The notes below the pieces were generated by a model, which searched no databases, was not told the DNA's origin, and saw nothing but the letters and a program-made list of their open reading frames with translations. From positions 1 to 64,000 of the IMG/VR virus record IMGVR_UViG_3300038443_001692: DNA of 64,000 nt; one strand, given 5' to 3'. Source of the DNA: a virus. Its lineage: Duplodnaviria > Caudoviricetes. How positions within the stretch are numbered: position 1 is the stretch's first letter; each line of letters opens with the position of its first letter. Below, piece by piece: positions 15,917-24,444 of the stretch. Both the position numbers and the translations under genes were made by a program.

Positions 15917-16660
15917 TCAGGCAGTGACGGGCTCTGGAGTGCTAGCAGCAGCGATGGCGATATCGGTATCGCGGATCGACAGCGCGACGCGCAGCGCCAT
16001 CTCCAGGTCATGCGACAACAAGCCACCCTTGAGCATGTCGATAACGGTTTCGACCATGGCATCCGGCGCCGTGGCGCGTTCCACACGTGCCGACACTTCA
16101 GCGTCAAGCGCCTTGCGCGCATCACGTTCCGCGTCGCGCGCCAGCTTGACAGCTTCCGCCTCTTTCTCGGCTTTCTTGGCTTCCCGTGCGGCGGCGGCGG
16201 ACGCGCGCTCCTCGTCGGTCTTTTGCGGCATCATCATGATCGACGTGAAAACGGACGTGAAAGAGTCAGCGTAGTCTTGCGCCAGCGGATCAAGGATCAC
16301 GCGCCGTGCGTCCGCGTTCGCCTTGCCTTGCGGCAAGTCTTTTTGCATGTCGGACGGGATGCCGCACTGGCGTAGCGCTTCAGCCACGGCAAAGTAGGTG
16401 CGCTGGAAATGTTTCGCGGCGGTGTTCATCGCCTTGATGCCGAACAGTGCGCGGATAGTCTTGCTCGCGTCCGTGCTGGTGCCGTACATGGATGCGTCAG
16501 CGTCCAGCTTGGCGAACTGGGTTTTGTTGCCGGCCTCCATAATGGAGTAGGCAGCGCTGTAGACGGTGCACGCGATGACGTCGTACTGCGATTCGGCGTC
16601 ACCAGCCAATGCGCGGAACAGATCCGACATGGCGATGTTACGGGATTGAACGGTTTTCAT
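15917..16660 (-). CDS. unknown alpha-helical protein (247 aa)
   Basis: long ORF with phage-like codon usage and TAGGA RBS. Confidence 0.8.
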   Translation of the reverse strand: MKTVQSRNIAMSDLFRALAGDAESQYDVIACTVYSAAYSIMEAGNKTQFAKLDADASMYGTSTDASKTIRALFGIKAMNTAAKHFQRTYFAVAEALRQCGIPSDMQKDLPQGKANADARRVILDPLAQDYADSFTSVFTSIMMMPQKTDEERASAAAAREAKKAEKEAEAVKLARDAERDARKALDAEVSARVERATAPDAMVETVIDMLKGGLLSHDLEMALRVALSIRDTDIAIAAASTPEPVTA

Positions 16661-16819
16661 GAGTGATGTCCTATGCGGGTTGAACTACGATCGAAAGGCG
16701 CCTAGCGCCGCGTCACTGTGTGAGCTGACGTAAGAATGGTAACAAAACTGTGAGCCTAGCGGTAATTGTATTTTTTAATTGGGTAGATAGTTTTTATCTA
16801 TTGGCCTGATAGGTGAGGG

Positions 16820-16859
16820 AATTGGTCAGACCAATTAGTGTGAATTGGTCTGACCAATC
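16820..16859. promoter_or_regulatory. two tandem palindromic operators, GntR/FadR (PdhR/LldR-type) box
   Basis: AATTGGTCAGACCAATT (16820-16836) and AATTGGTCTGACCAATC (16843-16859). Confidence 0.7.
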
Positions 16860-16946
16860 GACATTGTTGCTTTAGAGAAATGCCCCTAGAACGCGTCAGA
16901 ACTGCGTAGGTTGAACGCGGTTTTGGGATGGGTGTTGGCATGGTCG

Positions 16947-16958
16947 GGTGCGCTGACG
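16947..16958. other. candidate cohesive-end (cos) site
   Basis: GGTGCGCTGACG upstream of a GpA-type terminase module; resembles the chi cos sequence as recalled. Confidence 0.3.
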
Positions 16959-17037
16959 GCGTGTGGCGCATCCTGGTGCGAACTGACGGGGATACTTTCT
17001 GGCAACATCGCAGGCCGGCGCGCGCTCCTGGGTGCCC

Positions 17038-17140
17038 AAAAATTTCCGTCAAATTTTTAAACTTTTCGCCAATTTTCCAAAAATTTCTCAAAATTTTCCA
17101 ATTTTTCTGAAATTTTCGTCAATTTTTGGCCGAAATTGAC
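17038..17140. repeat. phased AATTT tracts (bent DNA)
   Basis: AATT starts at 17041, 17052, 17071, 17082, 17092, 17100, 17111, 17121, 17134. Confidence 0.85.
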
Positions 17141-17157
17141 GCTGGAACAGAAGTTGC

Positions 17158-17186
17158 TAGGCAAAAAGAATGCTTCATGGCATACT
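17158..17186 (+). promoter_or_regulatory. sigma70-like promoter of the packaging operon
   Basis: TAGGCA-17-CATACT, flanked by the inverted repeat GGCAAAAAG/CTTTTTGCC. Confidence 0.5.
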
Positions 17187-17193
17187 TTTTGCC

Positions 17194-17481
17194 ATGCTAA
17201 GCGAACGCCTAAAACCCTACATCGACCGCATCGTCAAGCGCGAGATCACCAACCGTGAGCTCGCCGACCTGCTCGGCACCCACGAGACCTATATCTGTCG
17301 CGTGCTCAAGCGCATGAAGGTCGTACGCGACCCGATTCCCGTCAAGCCCAGCACGAAGGAACTCAACGCCGCGCGCGCCGACCACCGGCGCCACGTCGCC
17401 GCCACCATGTCGGTCAAGGACGCTGCCGCGGCCGCCGGCTGCAGCGAGCGCACCATCTACCGCATCCGGAGCAAAGCATGA
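17194..17481 (+). CDS. double helix-turn-helix DNA-binding protein
   Basis: TNRELADLLGTHETYICRVLKR and SVKDAAAAAGCSERTIYRI HTH motifs. Confidence 0.8.
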   Translation: MLSERLKPYIDRIVKREITNRELADLLGTHETYICRVLKRMKVVRDPIPVKPSTKELNAARADHRRHVAATMSVKDAAAAAGCSERTIYRIRSKA

Positions 17482-17624
17482 GCACGCCGCGCAGCCCCAA
17501 CAACGGCAGCATGTGCGTGCTGCTCATCGGCAGCACCCTTGCCATCCTCGTGCTGGCCTGGCTGCTGGCCAACCTCGCTTTCGCCTTGAGCGAGATCTGG
17601 TCGATCCTCCAAGGAGCCTGGTGA
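17478..17624 (+). CDS. small membrane protein (48 aa)
   Basis: coupled at both ends; one hydrophobic segment. Confidence 0.5.
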   Translation: MSTPRSPNNGSMCVLLIGSTLAILVLAWLLANLAFALSEIWSILQGAW

Positions 17625-18058
17625 TGGCGATCAAAGACTACTCGATGAAGCCCAAGGCGGCCGAGCTTGCGGATCCGCTTGAGGGCCTGGACGACGAGCA
17701 GCTGCTGGCCCTGCGCCATCGGCTCGACAAGAAGCTCAACCTCGACCTGACCAAGCTGAACCTGGCTGACGAGCTGGGTTCTCAGTATCGCGCGGGCACG
17801 CTCCTGCTCTCGTCGGTGCAGGAGGACAAGGACGTGCCGGCGAACCAGCGCGCGCAGGTATTCAACTCGGTGTCGGCGATGCTGGAAAAGATCGTCAAGC
17901 AGCAGAAGATCGTCTATAGCGCGGAGCGCCTGAAACGTTTCGAGTCGGCGTTCATCAAGGTGCTGGAAGAGCTGCCGCTGGACCTGAAACGCAAATTCTT
18001 CGATATGTACGGTGAATTTTTGCAGGAAGAGAAACCCGCCGAGGAGGCTGCCGAATGA
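17624..18058 (+). CDS. probable terminase small subunit
   Basis: helical 144-aa protein upstream of TerL; AAGGAG RBS; function inferred from position. Confidence 0.55.
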   Translation: MAIKDYSMKPKAAELADPLEGLDDEQLLALRHRLDKKLNLDLTKLNLADELGSQYRAGTLLLSSVQEDKDVPANQRAQVFNSVSAMLEKIVKQQKIVYSAERLKRFESAFIKVLEELPLDLKRKFFDMYGEFLQEEKPAEEAAE

Positions 18059-18282
18059 GCCACGTCATCACCATCGCTTCATACATCATCGTGGCCACCG
18101 GCACGCTGCTGGTGGCTGCAGCGCTACTTGCACTGGCCGGCCTGCTGGCCTGGATCGCCGGCACCATCCTGTGGCAGCGCATGCGCCGCATCTATCGCCT
18201 GGCCACGATCTGGCACTACCTGGGGCAGCTGGAGAAGACCGGCCGCTACCACTTCCCGCCGCCGGACGAGGACAACCCATGA
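18055..18282 (+). CDS. small membrane protein
   Basis: long N-terminal hydrophobic segment; GAGG RBS. Confidence 0.65.
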   Translation: MSHVITIASYIIVATGTLLVAAALLALAGLLAWIAGTILWQRMRRIYRLATIWHYLGQLEKTGRYHFPPPDEDNP

Positions 18283-18542
18283 GAATCGAATCTGGCAAGC
18301 ATCCGGCCGCCGCGCACATCACCGACGTGCTGGTCAGCGGCGTGCCGCTGATGCGCGGCACCTGCGTCTGGGTCGACCTGGAGCGCGGCGAAGCCTGCAT
18401 CTACCTCACCGACGGCAACGGCGCACCACTCGTCGATGGCGGCCAGTGGGTCGAGAAGATCATCACTGGCGCCATCAGCGTCCGGATTCCTGACGAGCAC
18501 CGGCACCTGCTGCGCTGGGGCCAGATGGCGGTGTACGCATGA
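18279..18542 (+). CDS. hypothetical protein
   Basis: 87 aa, GAGGA RBS, coupled to terL. Confidence 0.65.
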   Translation: MRIESGKHPAAAHITDVLVSGVPLMRGTCVWVDLERGEACIYLTDGNGAPLVDGGQWVEKIITGAISVRIPDEHRHLLRWGQMAVYA

Positions 18543-20233
18543 GCCACGCCGATCCCGCACTCACCGAACACCTGCGGCGCCTCGAGCAGGCGCTGTTCAA
18601 CAGCTACGACCTGGGCGATGTCGTGCGCTACCTCGAGGACAAAACCTACCTCAAGGGCGACCGATTCTCGTTCGTCGATCACGAATTCCAGAAGGACATC
18701 CTGTCCGACACCAGCAAGACGCTGTACGTGCAGAAGTGCGCCCAGGTCGGCATGTCGGAATGTATGGCGCGCTACGCGCTGGCAGTGAGCCGCGTGATGC
18801 CCTACTTCTCGGTCATCATGACGCTGCCGTTCGCCAACGACGCGACCAACTTCACCAAGACGCGCCTGGACCCCATCATCGACGAGTCGCCCGACCTGCG
18901 CGATTCGGTCGACAAGGACCTGGACAACGCGGCGATCAAGTCGATCGGCACCAGCTTGCTCTACATGCGCGGCTGCTCGGGCACGACCACCGCGCTGTCG
19001 GTGCCGGCCGACATGCTGATCCACGACGAGGTTGACCGTTCCGATCCGGACACGCTGGCCCAGTTCCAGTCGCGCATCAAGCACAGCAAATGGAAGCTGA
19101 CGCGCCGCTTCGGTACGCCGACGACCGAAGGCCGCGGCATCGCGCTCGAGATGAAGACGGCGCGGCGCATGCGCCGTGCTTGCACGTGCTGCCACTGCGG
19201 CCACCAGTTCGTGCCGAACTTTCACACCGACGTCAAGATCCCGGACTACTTCGGCGAGTTCAAGGACATCAACAAGCACAATATCGACACGCTGCGTTGG
19301 AAAGAAGCGCGCCTGCACTGCCCCAGCTGCGACGGCGAGCCGGACCTGTCGCCCGAGCATCGCGAGTGGATCTGCGAGAACCCGGGCGACAACTACGAGG
19401 CGATCGGCTATTACGTCACGCCGTTCGAGGTGCCCAACGTCGTCACGATCCCGTCGCTGATCCTGGAGATCACGAAGTACAAGACGTGGGCTGAATTCGT
19501 CAACCAGGCGCTGGGCGAGACGGCCGACGCCGGCAGCGCGCAGCTGACCGAAGCCGACGTCGAGTCCTGCCGTGCTACCTTCCCGCTGCGCTCCAACGAA
19601 CTGCACGCCATGGGCATCGACGTGGGCCAGACCTGCCACATCGCGGTCGGCCGGCGCACCCTCGACGGCAAGCTGCTGGTCGTCTACCGCGAGCAGTGCC
19701 CACTTGCCAAGCTGGCCGAGAGAAAGCGCCAACTTGCGGTGCTGTGGCGCGTGCTCATCACTGTGGTCGACGCCTTTCCGGAGACGAACCTGGTGCACCA
19801 GATGCAGCGCCAGGACAAGAACCTGTATGGCGGCGTCTACTCGATCAACGTCAAGCTGGCGACGTACCAGATCGTGATGGTCGACGAGAGCAAGGCCGAT
19901 GGCAAGCTGCCGATCAACCAGGCGCAGATCCACCGCGACGTCAATTTCGACGAGGTGATGGCGCTGTACAAGTCGGGCAACCTGCTGTGGGAGCCGATGG
20001 GTGACCACACGGACAGGCTGTGGACGCTGCACATGCTGGACATGAAGCGGGTGCAGGACTTCGACAAGCACCAGGAGATTTTCTACACCTGGAAGAAGTC
20101 GAAGGACGGCAACGACCACTTCATGCACACGCTGGGCTACCTGCACGTGGCGTCGCAGCTGATGTCGACGGCGTCGCGCGATATTCCGTTCGTCGGCATC
20201 CCGCTCTTCTCGACGTTCCGGGTGCGGCATTGA
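18539..20233 (+). CDS. terL: terminase large subunit, lambda GpA-like
   Basis: Walker A QKCAQVGMSE, Walker B IHDEVD, CxxC pairs, nuclease GIDVG and NDHFMH. Confidence 0.92.
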   Translation: MSHADPALTEHLRRLEQALFNSYDLGDVVRYLEDKTYLKGDRFSFVDHEFQKDILSDTSKTLYVQKCAQVGMSECMARYALAVSRVMPYFSVIMTLPFANDATNFTKTRLDPIIDESPDLRDSVDKDLDNAAIKSIGTSLLYMRGCSGTTTALSVPADMLIHDEVDRSDPDTLAQFQSRIKHSKWKLTRRFGTPTTEGRGIALEMKTARRMRRACTCCHCGHQFVPNFHTDVKIPDYFGEFKDINKHNIDTLRWKEARLHCPSCDGEPDLSPEHREWICENPGDNYEAIGYYVTPFEVPNVVTIPSLILEITKYKTWAEFVNQALGETADAGSAQLTEADVESCRATFPLRSNELHAMGIDVGQTCHIAVGRRTLDGKLLVVYREQCPLAKLAERKRQLAVLWRVLITVVDAFPETNLVHQMQRQDKNLYGGVYSINVKLATYQIVMVDESKADGKLPINQAQIHRDVNFDEVMALYKSGNLLWEPMGDHTDRLWTLHMLDMKRVQDFDKHQEIFYTWKKSKDGNDHFMHTLGYLHVASQLMSTASRDIPFVGIPLFSTFRVRH

Positions 20234-20257
20234 CATCTGGAAATTGTTTGCTATCAT
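20230..20257 (+). promoter_or_regulatory. sigma70-like promoter
   Basis: TTGACA-16-TATCAT. Confidence 0.75.
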
Positions 20258-20282
20258 GGCGGCTCCACCCACAGGAGCTACC

Positions 20283-20582
20283 ATGAATGCCCGTTTTGGA
20301 CAAAATATCGAAGGTTGTGTCGGCGTTGCCAGTCAACCTCGCACACCGCAAATTCCCGCCGCCATGCAGGAACTCGACCAGACCCTTTCGTACCTGATCG
20401 AGAGCATCGCGCAGTTGGCGCAGCGCCTCGTACCTGTCACCCAGCCGACGCCCGCATCAGGCAACAGCGGGAAGACCGCCGGCGGCCAGGTCGATCTGGC
20501 TGAAGCGATTAACAGACAGAGCGAGCGGGTCCGCGCCCTGAAGGAGCAGATCGACGGCTTGCTTTCCGGACTGGAACTCTGA
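20283..20582 (+). CDS. coiled-coil hypothetical protein (moron-like unit)
   Basis: CAGGAG RBS; own promoter and terminator. Confidence 0.75.
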   Translation: MNARFGQNIEGCVGVASQPRTPQIPAAMQELDQTLSYLIESIAQLAQRLVPVTQPTPASGNSGKTAGGQVDLAEAINRQSERVRALKEQIDGLLSGLEL

Positions 20583-20706
20583 TAAGCTGCGACCAGCGCG
20601 TGGGGCGTCAGAGGCAGGCATCGGCCTGCGGCTGCGGCCGCGTCCCACAAGCTGCCACCGGGTGCCGACGTCCGGAGGCAAGGGTCGGGAGTTCCCGGCC
20701 GAGACG

Positions 20707-20731
20707 AAGCCCGCACAGCGGGCTTTTTCTT
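20707..20731 (+). terminator. intrinsic terminator
   Basis: AGCCCGC-ACA-GCGGGCT followed by a T tract. Confidence 0.85.
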
Positions 20732-20744
20732 TGGCGCAAAATTC

Positions 20745-20774
20745 TTGCGGGCAACGCAATTTCCGTGCCATACT
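20745..20774 (+). promoter_or_regulatory. sigma70-like promoter of the portal gene
   Basis: TTGCGG-18-CATACT with TTCCGTGC before the -10. Confidence 0.55.
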
Positions 20775-20783
20775 CGCGGCATC

Positions 20784-22391
20784 ATGCTCGATGCCGCCTG
20801 GAAATTCCTTGCCAAAACTGCCACCGCCGTGAAAAACGGCGCGAAGCAGGCGCTCGTCCCTGTGACTGGCCAGCCCGACATGCCGACGGTGTTGACGCCG
20901 AAGGTTGCAAATAAGCAACAGACGCAGCCGAGCTATGTGCCGAACACGACCTTCGTGTCGGCGCCGCTGCTCAAGAGCGACAGCCGCGCGGCAACCGCCG
21001 ATATCAGCGCAGTGGCGCGCCAGGCCGCGTCGACGCCGGCGACGATCCGCGCGCTGGCGCGCCTGACGCCGGACCTGTCCGCCGCGGTGAGTGCGTACCT
21101 GCGCGTGGGCATCCCGGAAAATTACAAGGTCGTCGCGCGCAACATCGACGGTACGTTCAACCGCGACGCCACCGCCCTGGCTGCTAACATCCTGCGCCAG
21201 TTCGACCTGATGCCGGACTATGCGTCCGGCTTCTCCCAGGTGGCCAATATCCGCTCGCTGTCCGAAGCCTTGGGCAAGGAGCTCATCATCGAAGGCGCCG
21301 CCGCGATGGAGCTCGTGCTGGACAAGAATCGGATGCCGTACAAGTTCCAGCCGGTGTCGGCCTCGCAGATCATCTTCCGCGAGGACAAGGACACCCAGCA
21401 CATCTTCCCGCAGCAGCTGATCGCAGGTACCTACATCGACCTGGACCAGCCGACCTTCTTTTACACCTCGCTCGACCAGGACCTGCTGACCGCATACCCG
21501 ATCAGCCCGCTGGAAGGCGCGGTGCAGCCGGTGCTGGCGTCGGCTGACTTCGTGTCCGACATGCGCCGCATCTGCAAGCGCCACGTGTTCCCGCGCTACG
21601 ACGTCGAGATCGACGAGCAGAAGCTGCGCGACCGCATGCCGCCGGAGACGCTGAACGACACGCAGAAGGCGAACGAGTTCCTGAATGCGACGATCTCGTC
21701 GATCCAGAGCGTCATCAATACGATGAACCCGGAAGACGCGATCGTCCACTTCGACTTCTTCACCGTCCAGGCGGTGAAGATGGACAGTTCGAACAGCGCG
21801 AACGAGTTCGAGACCGTCAAGAACATCTACGACGAGAAGGTGTCGACCGGCGCCAAGGTGATGCCGTCGATCCTGGGTCACGGCTCGGGCTCGCAAAACG
21901 TGGCGAGCACCGAGACCATGATCTTCATGCTCAGCGCCAACGGCATGGTGCGCCTCAAGCTGCAGGAGATCTTCTCCAAGGCGATGACGCTGGCCGTCCG
22001 CCTGTTCGGCATGGACGTCACCGTCGAGTTCAAGTACGACTCGATCAACCTGCGTCCGGACAGCGAGCTCGAGTCGTTCCGCGCGATGAAGCAGGCCCGC
22101 ATCCTCGAGCTGCTCAGCCTTGGGCTGATGACCGACGACGAAGCGTCGCTCGAGCTGACGGGCGAACTGACCCCGGTCGGGTTCAAGCCGCTGTCGGGCA
22201 CCGGCTTCTTCACGCCGATCACGGGCCCGGGCGAGCGCGGCAATCCTGCCGCCGGCGGCGCCGGCGATGGCTCGTCGAGTGACCCGACCAACCCGAACAA
22301 AAAAGCGTCGCCGCTGGGCAACAAGCAGGGCGCCGCGCAGCAGGGGCAGAAATCCGACGCGCCCAGCAAACCAAAAGGACCGCAAAAATGA
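20784..22391 (+). CDS. portal protein
   Basis: 535 aa, between terminase and protease; helical with a low-complexity C-terminus; function inferred from synteny. Confidence 0.8.
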   Translation: MLDAAWKFLAKTATAVKNGAKQALVPVTGQPDMPTVLTPKVANKQQTQPSYVPNTTFVSAPLLKSDSRAATADISAVARQAASTPATIRALARLTPDLSAAVSAYLRVGIPENYKVVARNIDGTFNRDATALAANILRQFDLMPDYASGFSQVANIRSLSEALGKELIIEGAAAMELVLDKNRMPYKFQPVSASQIIFREDKDTQHIFPQQLIAGTYIDLDQPTFFYTSLDQDLLTAYPISPLEGAVQPVLASADFVSDMRRICKRHVFPRYDVEIDEQKLRDRMPPETLNDTQKANEFLNATISSIQSVINTMNPEDAIVHFDFFTVQAVKMDSSNSANEFETVKNIYDEKVSTGAKVMPSILGHGSGSQNVASTETMIFMLSANGMVRLKLQEIFSKAMTLAVRLFGMDVTVEFKYDSINLRPDSELESFRAMKQARILELLSLGLMTDDEASLELTGELTPVGFKPLSGTGFFTPITGPGERGNPAAGGAGDGSSSDPTNPNKKASPLGNKQGAAQQGQKSDAPSKPKGPQK

Positions 22392-23188
22392 GCCACATTC
22401 TCTGGGCCGGCTCCGAGGAGAGCTATGAGGTAGTGCTGCGCGCGCAGGCCAGCGTGCAGGCCATGGCCCGCCAGATCCTGGCCGGCGAGGCTGAGCAGCC
22501 CGACACGCCGAAGGCGTGGCAGAAGCAGGGCAACCTTGCGATCGTGCCCATCTCCGGCTCGCTCATCATGGGCAAGGCTGGTTGGATGGCTTTCTTCGGC
22601 TGCTCCGGCTACGAGGACATCGAGTCCGCGCTGACCGAGGCCGCGCTGGATCCGGACGTCAAGTCGATCCTGATGCTGGTGAAATCCGGCGGCGGCGCCG
22701 CGCAGGGCGCGCAGCCGCTGGCCGATTACATCAGCCAGGTCAAGAAGATCAAGCCGATCTCCTCGCACATCGCCACGACCGGCGCGTCCGCCGCGTACTG
22801 GGCCGCCAGCGCGGCGGACGGCATCACGATCGACCCGATGGCCATCGCCGGTTCGATCGGCGCCGTGATGATCCACACCTCGATCGCGCGCCAACTTGCC
22901 GACGCCGGCGTGGACAAGACCGTGATCCGCTCGGGCGAATTCAAGATGCTGGGCAATCCGTACGAGCCGCTATCGGACGCCGCCAAGGCTGAGATGCAGG
23001 CCCAGGTGAACGACGTCAACGCAATGTTCGAAGCCCATGTGGCAAAGATGCGCGGCGTTTCGACCGACGAGGTCAGCGCACGCATGGGCCAGGGCAAGAC
23101 CTTCCTCGGCAAGCGCGCGGTGACCGCGGGCCTGGTCGATAAGGTGCAGACGCTCGATCAAGCTGTTGCCGCAGCGAAAAATCGTTGA
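22388..23188 (+). CDS. prohead protease, S49 (SppA/ClpP-like)
   Basis: SGGG, ASAAYW-x-AS, GSIGA and SGEFK S49 motifs. Confidence 0.92.
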   Translation: MSHILWAGSEESYEVVLRAQASVQAMARQILAGEAEQPDTPKAWQKQGNLAIVPISGSLIMGKAGWMAFFGCSGYEDIESALTEAALDPDVKSILMLVKSGGGAAQGAQPLADYISQVKKIKPISSHIATTGASAAYWAASAADGITIDPMAIAGSIGAVMIHTSIARQLADAGVDKTVIRSGEFKMLGNPYEPLSDAAKAEMQAQVNDVNAMFEAHVAKMRGVSTDEVSARMGQGKTFLGKRAVTAGLVDKVQTLDQAVAAAKNR

Positions 23189-23213
23189 CACAGCAAAAAT
23201 CGTGCCCAATAAT
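23185..23213 (+). promoter_or_regulatory. sigma70-like promoter of the capsid genes
   Basis: TTGACA-17-AATAAT with CGTGCCC before the -10. Confidence 0.7.
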
Positions 23214-23238
23214 TGCCACTGTTCAAAAGGATGCTCAA

Positions 23239-23874
23239 ATGAAACTCAATAAAGCCCAGCTTGCTGCCCTGGCCGCAGGCGCAACCGAAGCAGAAATCGC
23301 GGCACTCGCCACGGTGGCCGATCCGGCCGATGCAGCTGCTGGCGCTGGTACGACCGCAGCCGCCGGCACGACTGACGTCGCTGATGCGGGTACGACCACG
23401 ACCGATACGACCACGGCCGGCACGACCGCGAGCGGCACCACCGAAGCCGCGGACACCACGACGGCTACGACCGCCATCGCCGCCGCTGTCGCCGCCGCCG
23501 CGCCGGCCGTCACCGATCAGACCGCAATCGTCGATCACCTGAAGGCTGAGCTGGTCGCCAAGGACACCGCACTGATCGCGGCCAAGGTGGAAGCCGAGAC
23601 CTTCAAGGCTCAGGCAGCCGCCGTCGACGGCCTGGTCACCACCCTGCGCGCCGCGCTGGGCGAAAAGCTGGTGGCGCTGGGCGCCTCGGCTGACGTCGCC
23701 GCCGGCTACAGCGCCGCGAATATCGTTGCGGAGTACGCCCGCATCGACGCCGTTTTCAAGAAGCAGTTCCGTGTCGGTGGTGTCGCCGCCGTCGCGTCGC
23801 CGGAAGAAAAGGACGCCAAACCTGCCATCGACCCGATGCTGGCTGAGGCGCTGAAACACTCTCTCATCAAGTAA
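23239..23874 (+). CDS. probable scaffolding protein
   Basis: Ala/Thr-rich linker plus coiled coil, between protease and capsid genes. Confidence 0.65.
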   Translation: MKLNKAQLAALAAGATEAEIAALATVADPADAAAGAGTTAAAGTTDVADAGTTTTDTTTAGTTASGTTEAADTTTATTAIAAAVAAAAPAVTDQTAIVDHLKAELVAKDTALIAAKVEAETFKAQAAAVDGLVTTLRAALGEKLVALGASADVAAGYSAANIVAEYARIDAVFKKQFRVGGVAAVASPEEKDAKPAIDPMLAEALKHSLIK

Positions 23875-23886
23875 TAGGGGATCACC

Positions 23887-24438
23887 ATGTCCAAAGCACA
23901 TTACATCGTACCGACGGGTGCTACCCCCGACGTCATGACCGTCCGCCTCGGCTCTGCCATCGCGGTCGGCGGCGTCCCGGGCACCGGCGGCTCCATGACG
24001 CCCGGCGTCGACGACGGCAAGCTGGTCAAGCTGGTCGGTGAATCGCAGTATGACGTGTGCGCCAATGGCGACATGATCGAAGGCTGCATCACCTCGGTCG
24101 AGCAGGCCACCGCCGGCGGCTGGACCATCGGCGGCATCATCGAGGAAGAAGAGCTCTTCGTTACCGCGAACGGCCTGCAGGCCACGCCGGGCACCGGCAA
24201 CCTTGCGGTCGGCGACTACGTCGTGGCTGGCGCCCAGGAAGCCAAGGGCACCAAGATGGTCAACACCTTCCCGCTCGTGGTCAAGTCGACCGTCCAGCTG
24301 GGCACCACCCCGGCAGATCTGACCGCCGCCGGCGTCCAGTCGAAGCTGGCCCTTTTCGCCTGGCGCGTTGTGTCGCTGGGTACCGCAGGTACCGGCGCCC
24401 CCGGCACCACCATCGTCATTTCTCGCGTCGGGAGCTAA
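23887..24438 (+). CDS. capsid decoration/cement protein
   Basis: Gly-rich beta protein directly before the major capsid gene. Confidence 0.6.
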   Translation: MSKAHYIVPTGATPDVMTVRLGSAIAVGGVPGTGGSMTPGVDDGKLVKLVGESQYDVCANGDMIEGCITSVEQATAGGWTIGGIIEEEELFVTANGLQATPGTGNLAVGDYVVAGAQEAKGTKMVNTFPLVVKSTVQLGTTPADLTAAGVQSKLALFAWRVVSLGTAGTGAPGTTIVISRVGS

Positions 24439-24444
24439 TCAATC

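Noticed and set aside
18401-22894. Long minus-strand ORFs opposite terminase and portal (similar ones lie opposite capsid and sbcC)
   Set aside because: Shadow ORFs with Arg/Ala/Gly-biased composition opposite well-supported genes
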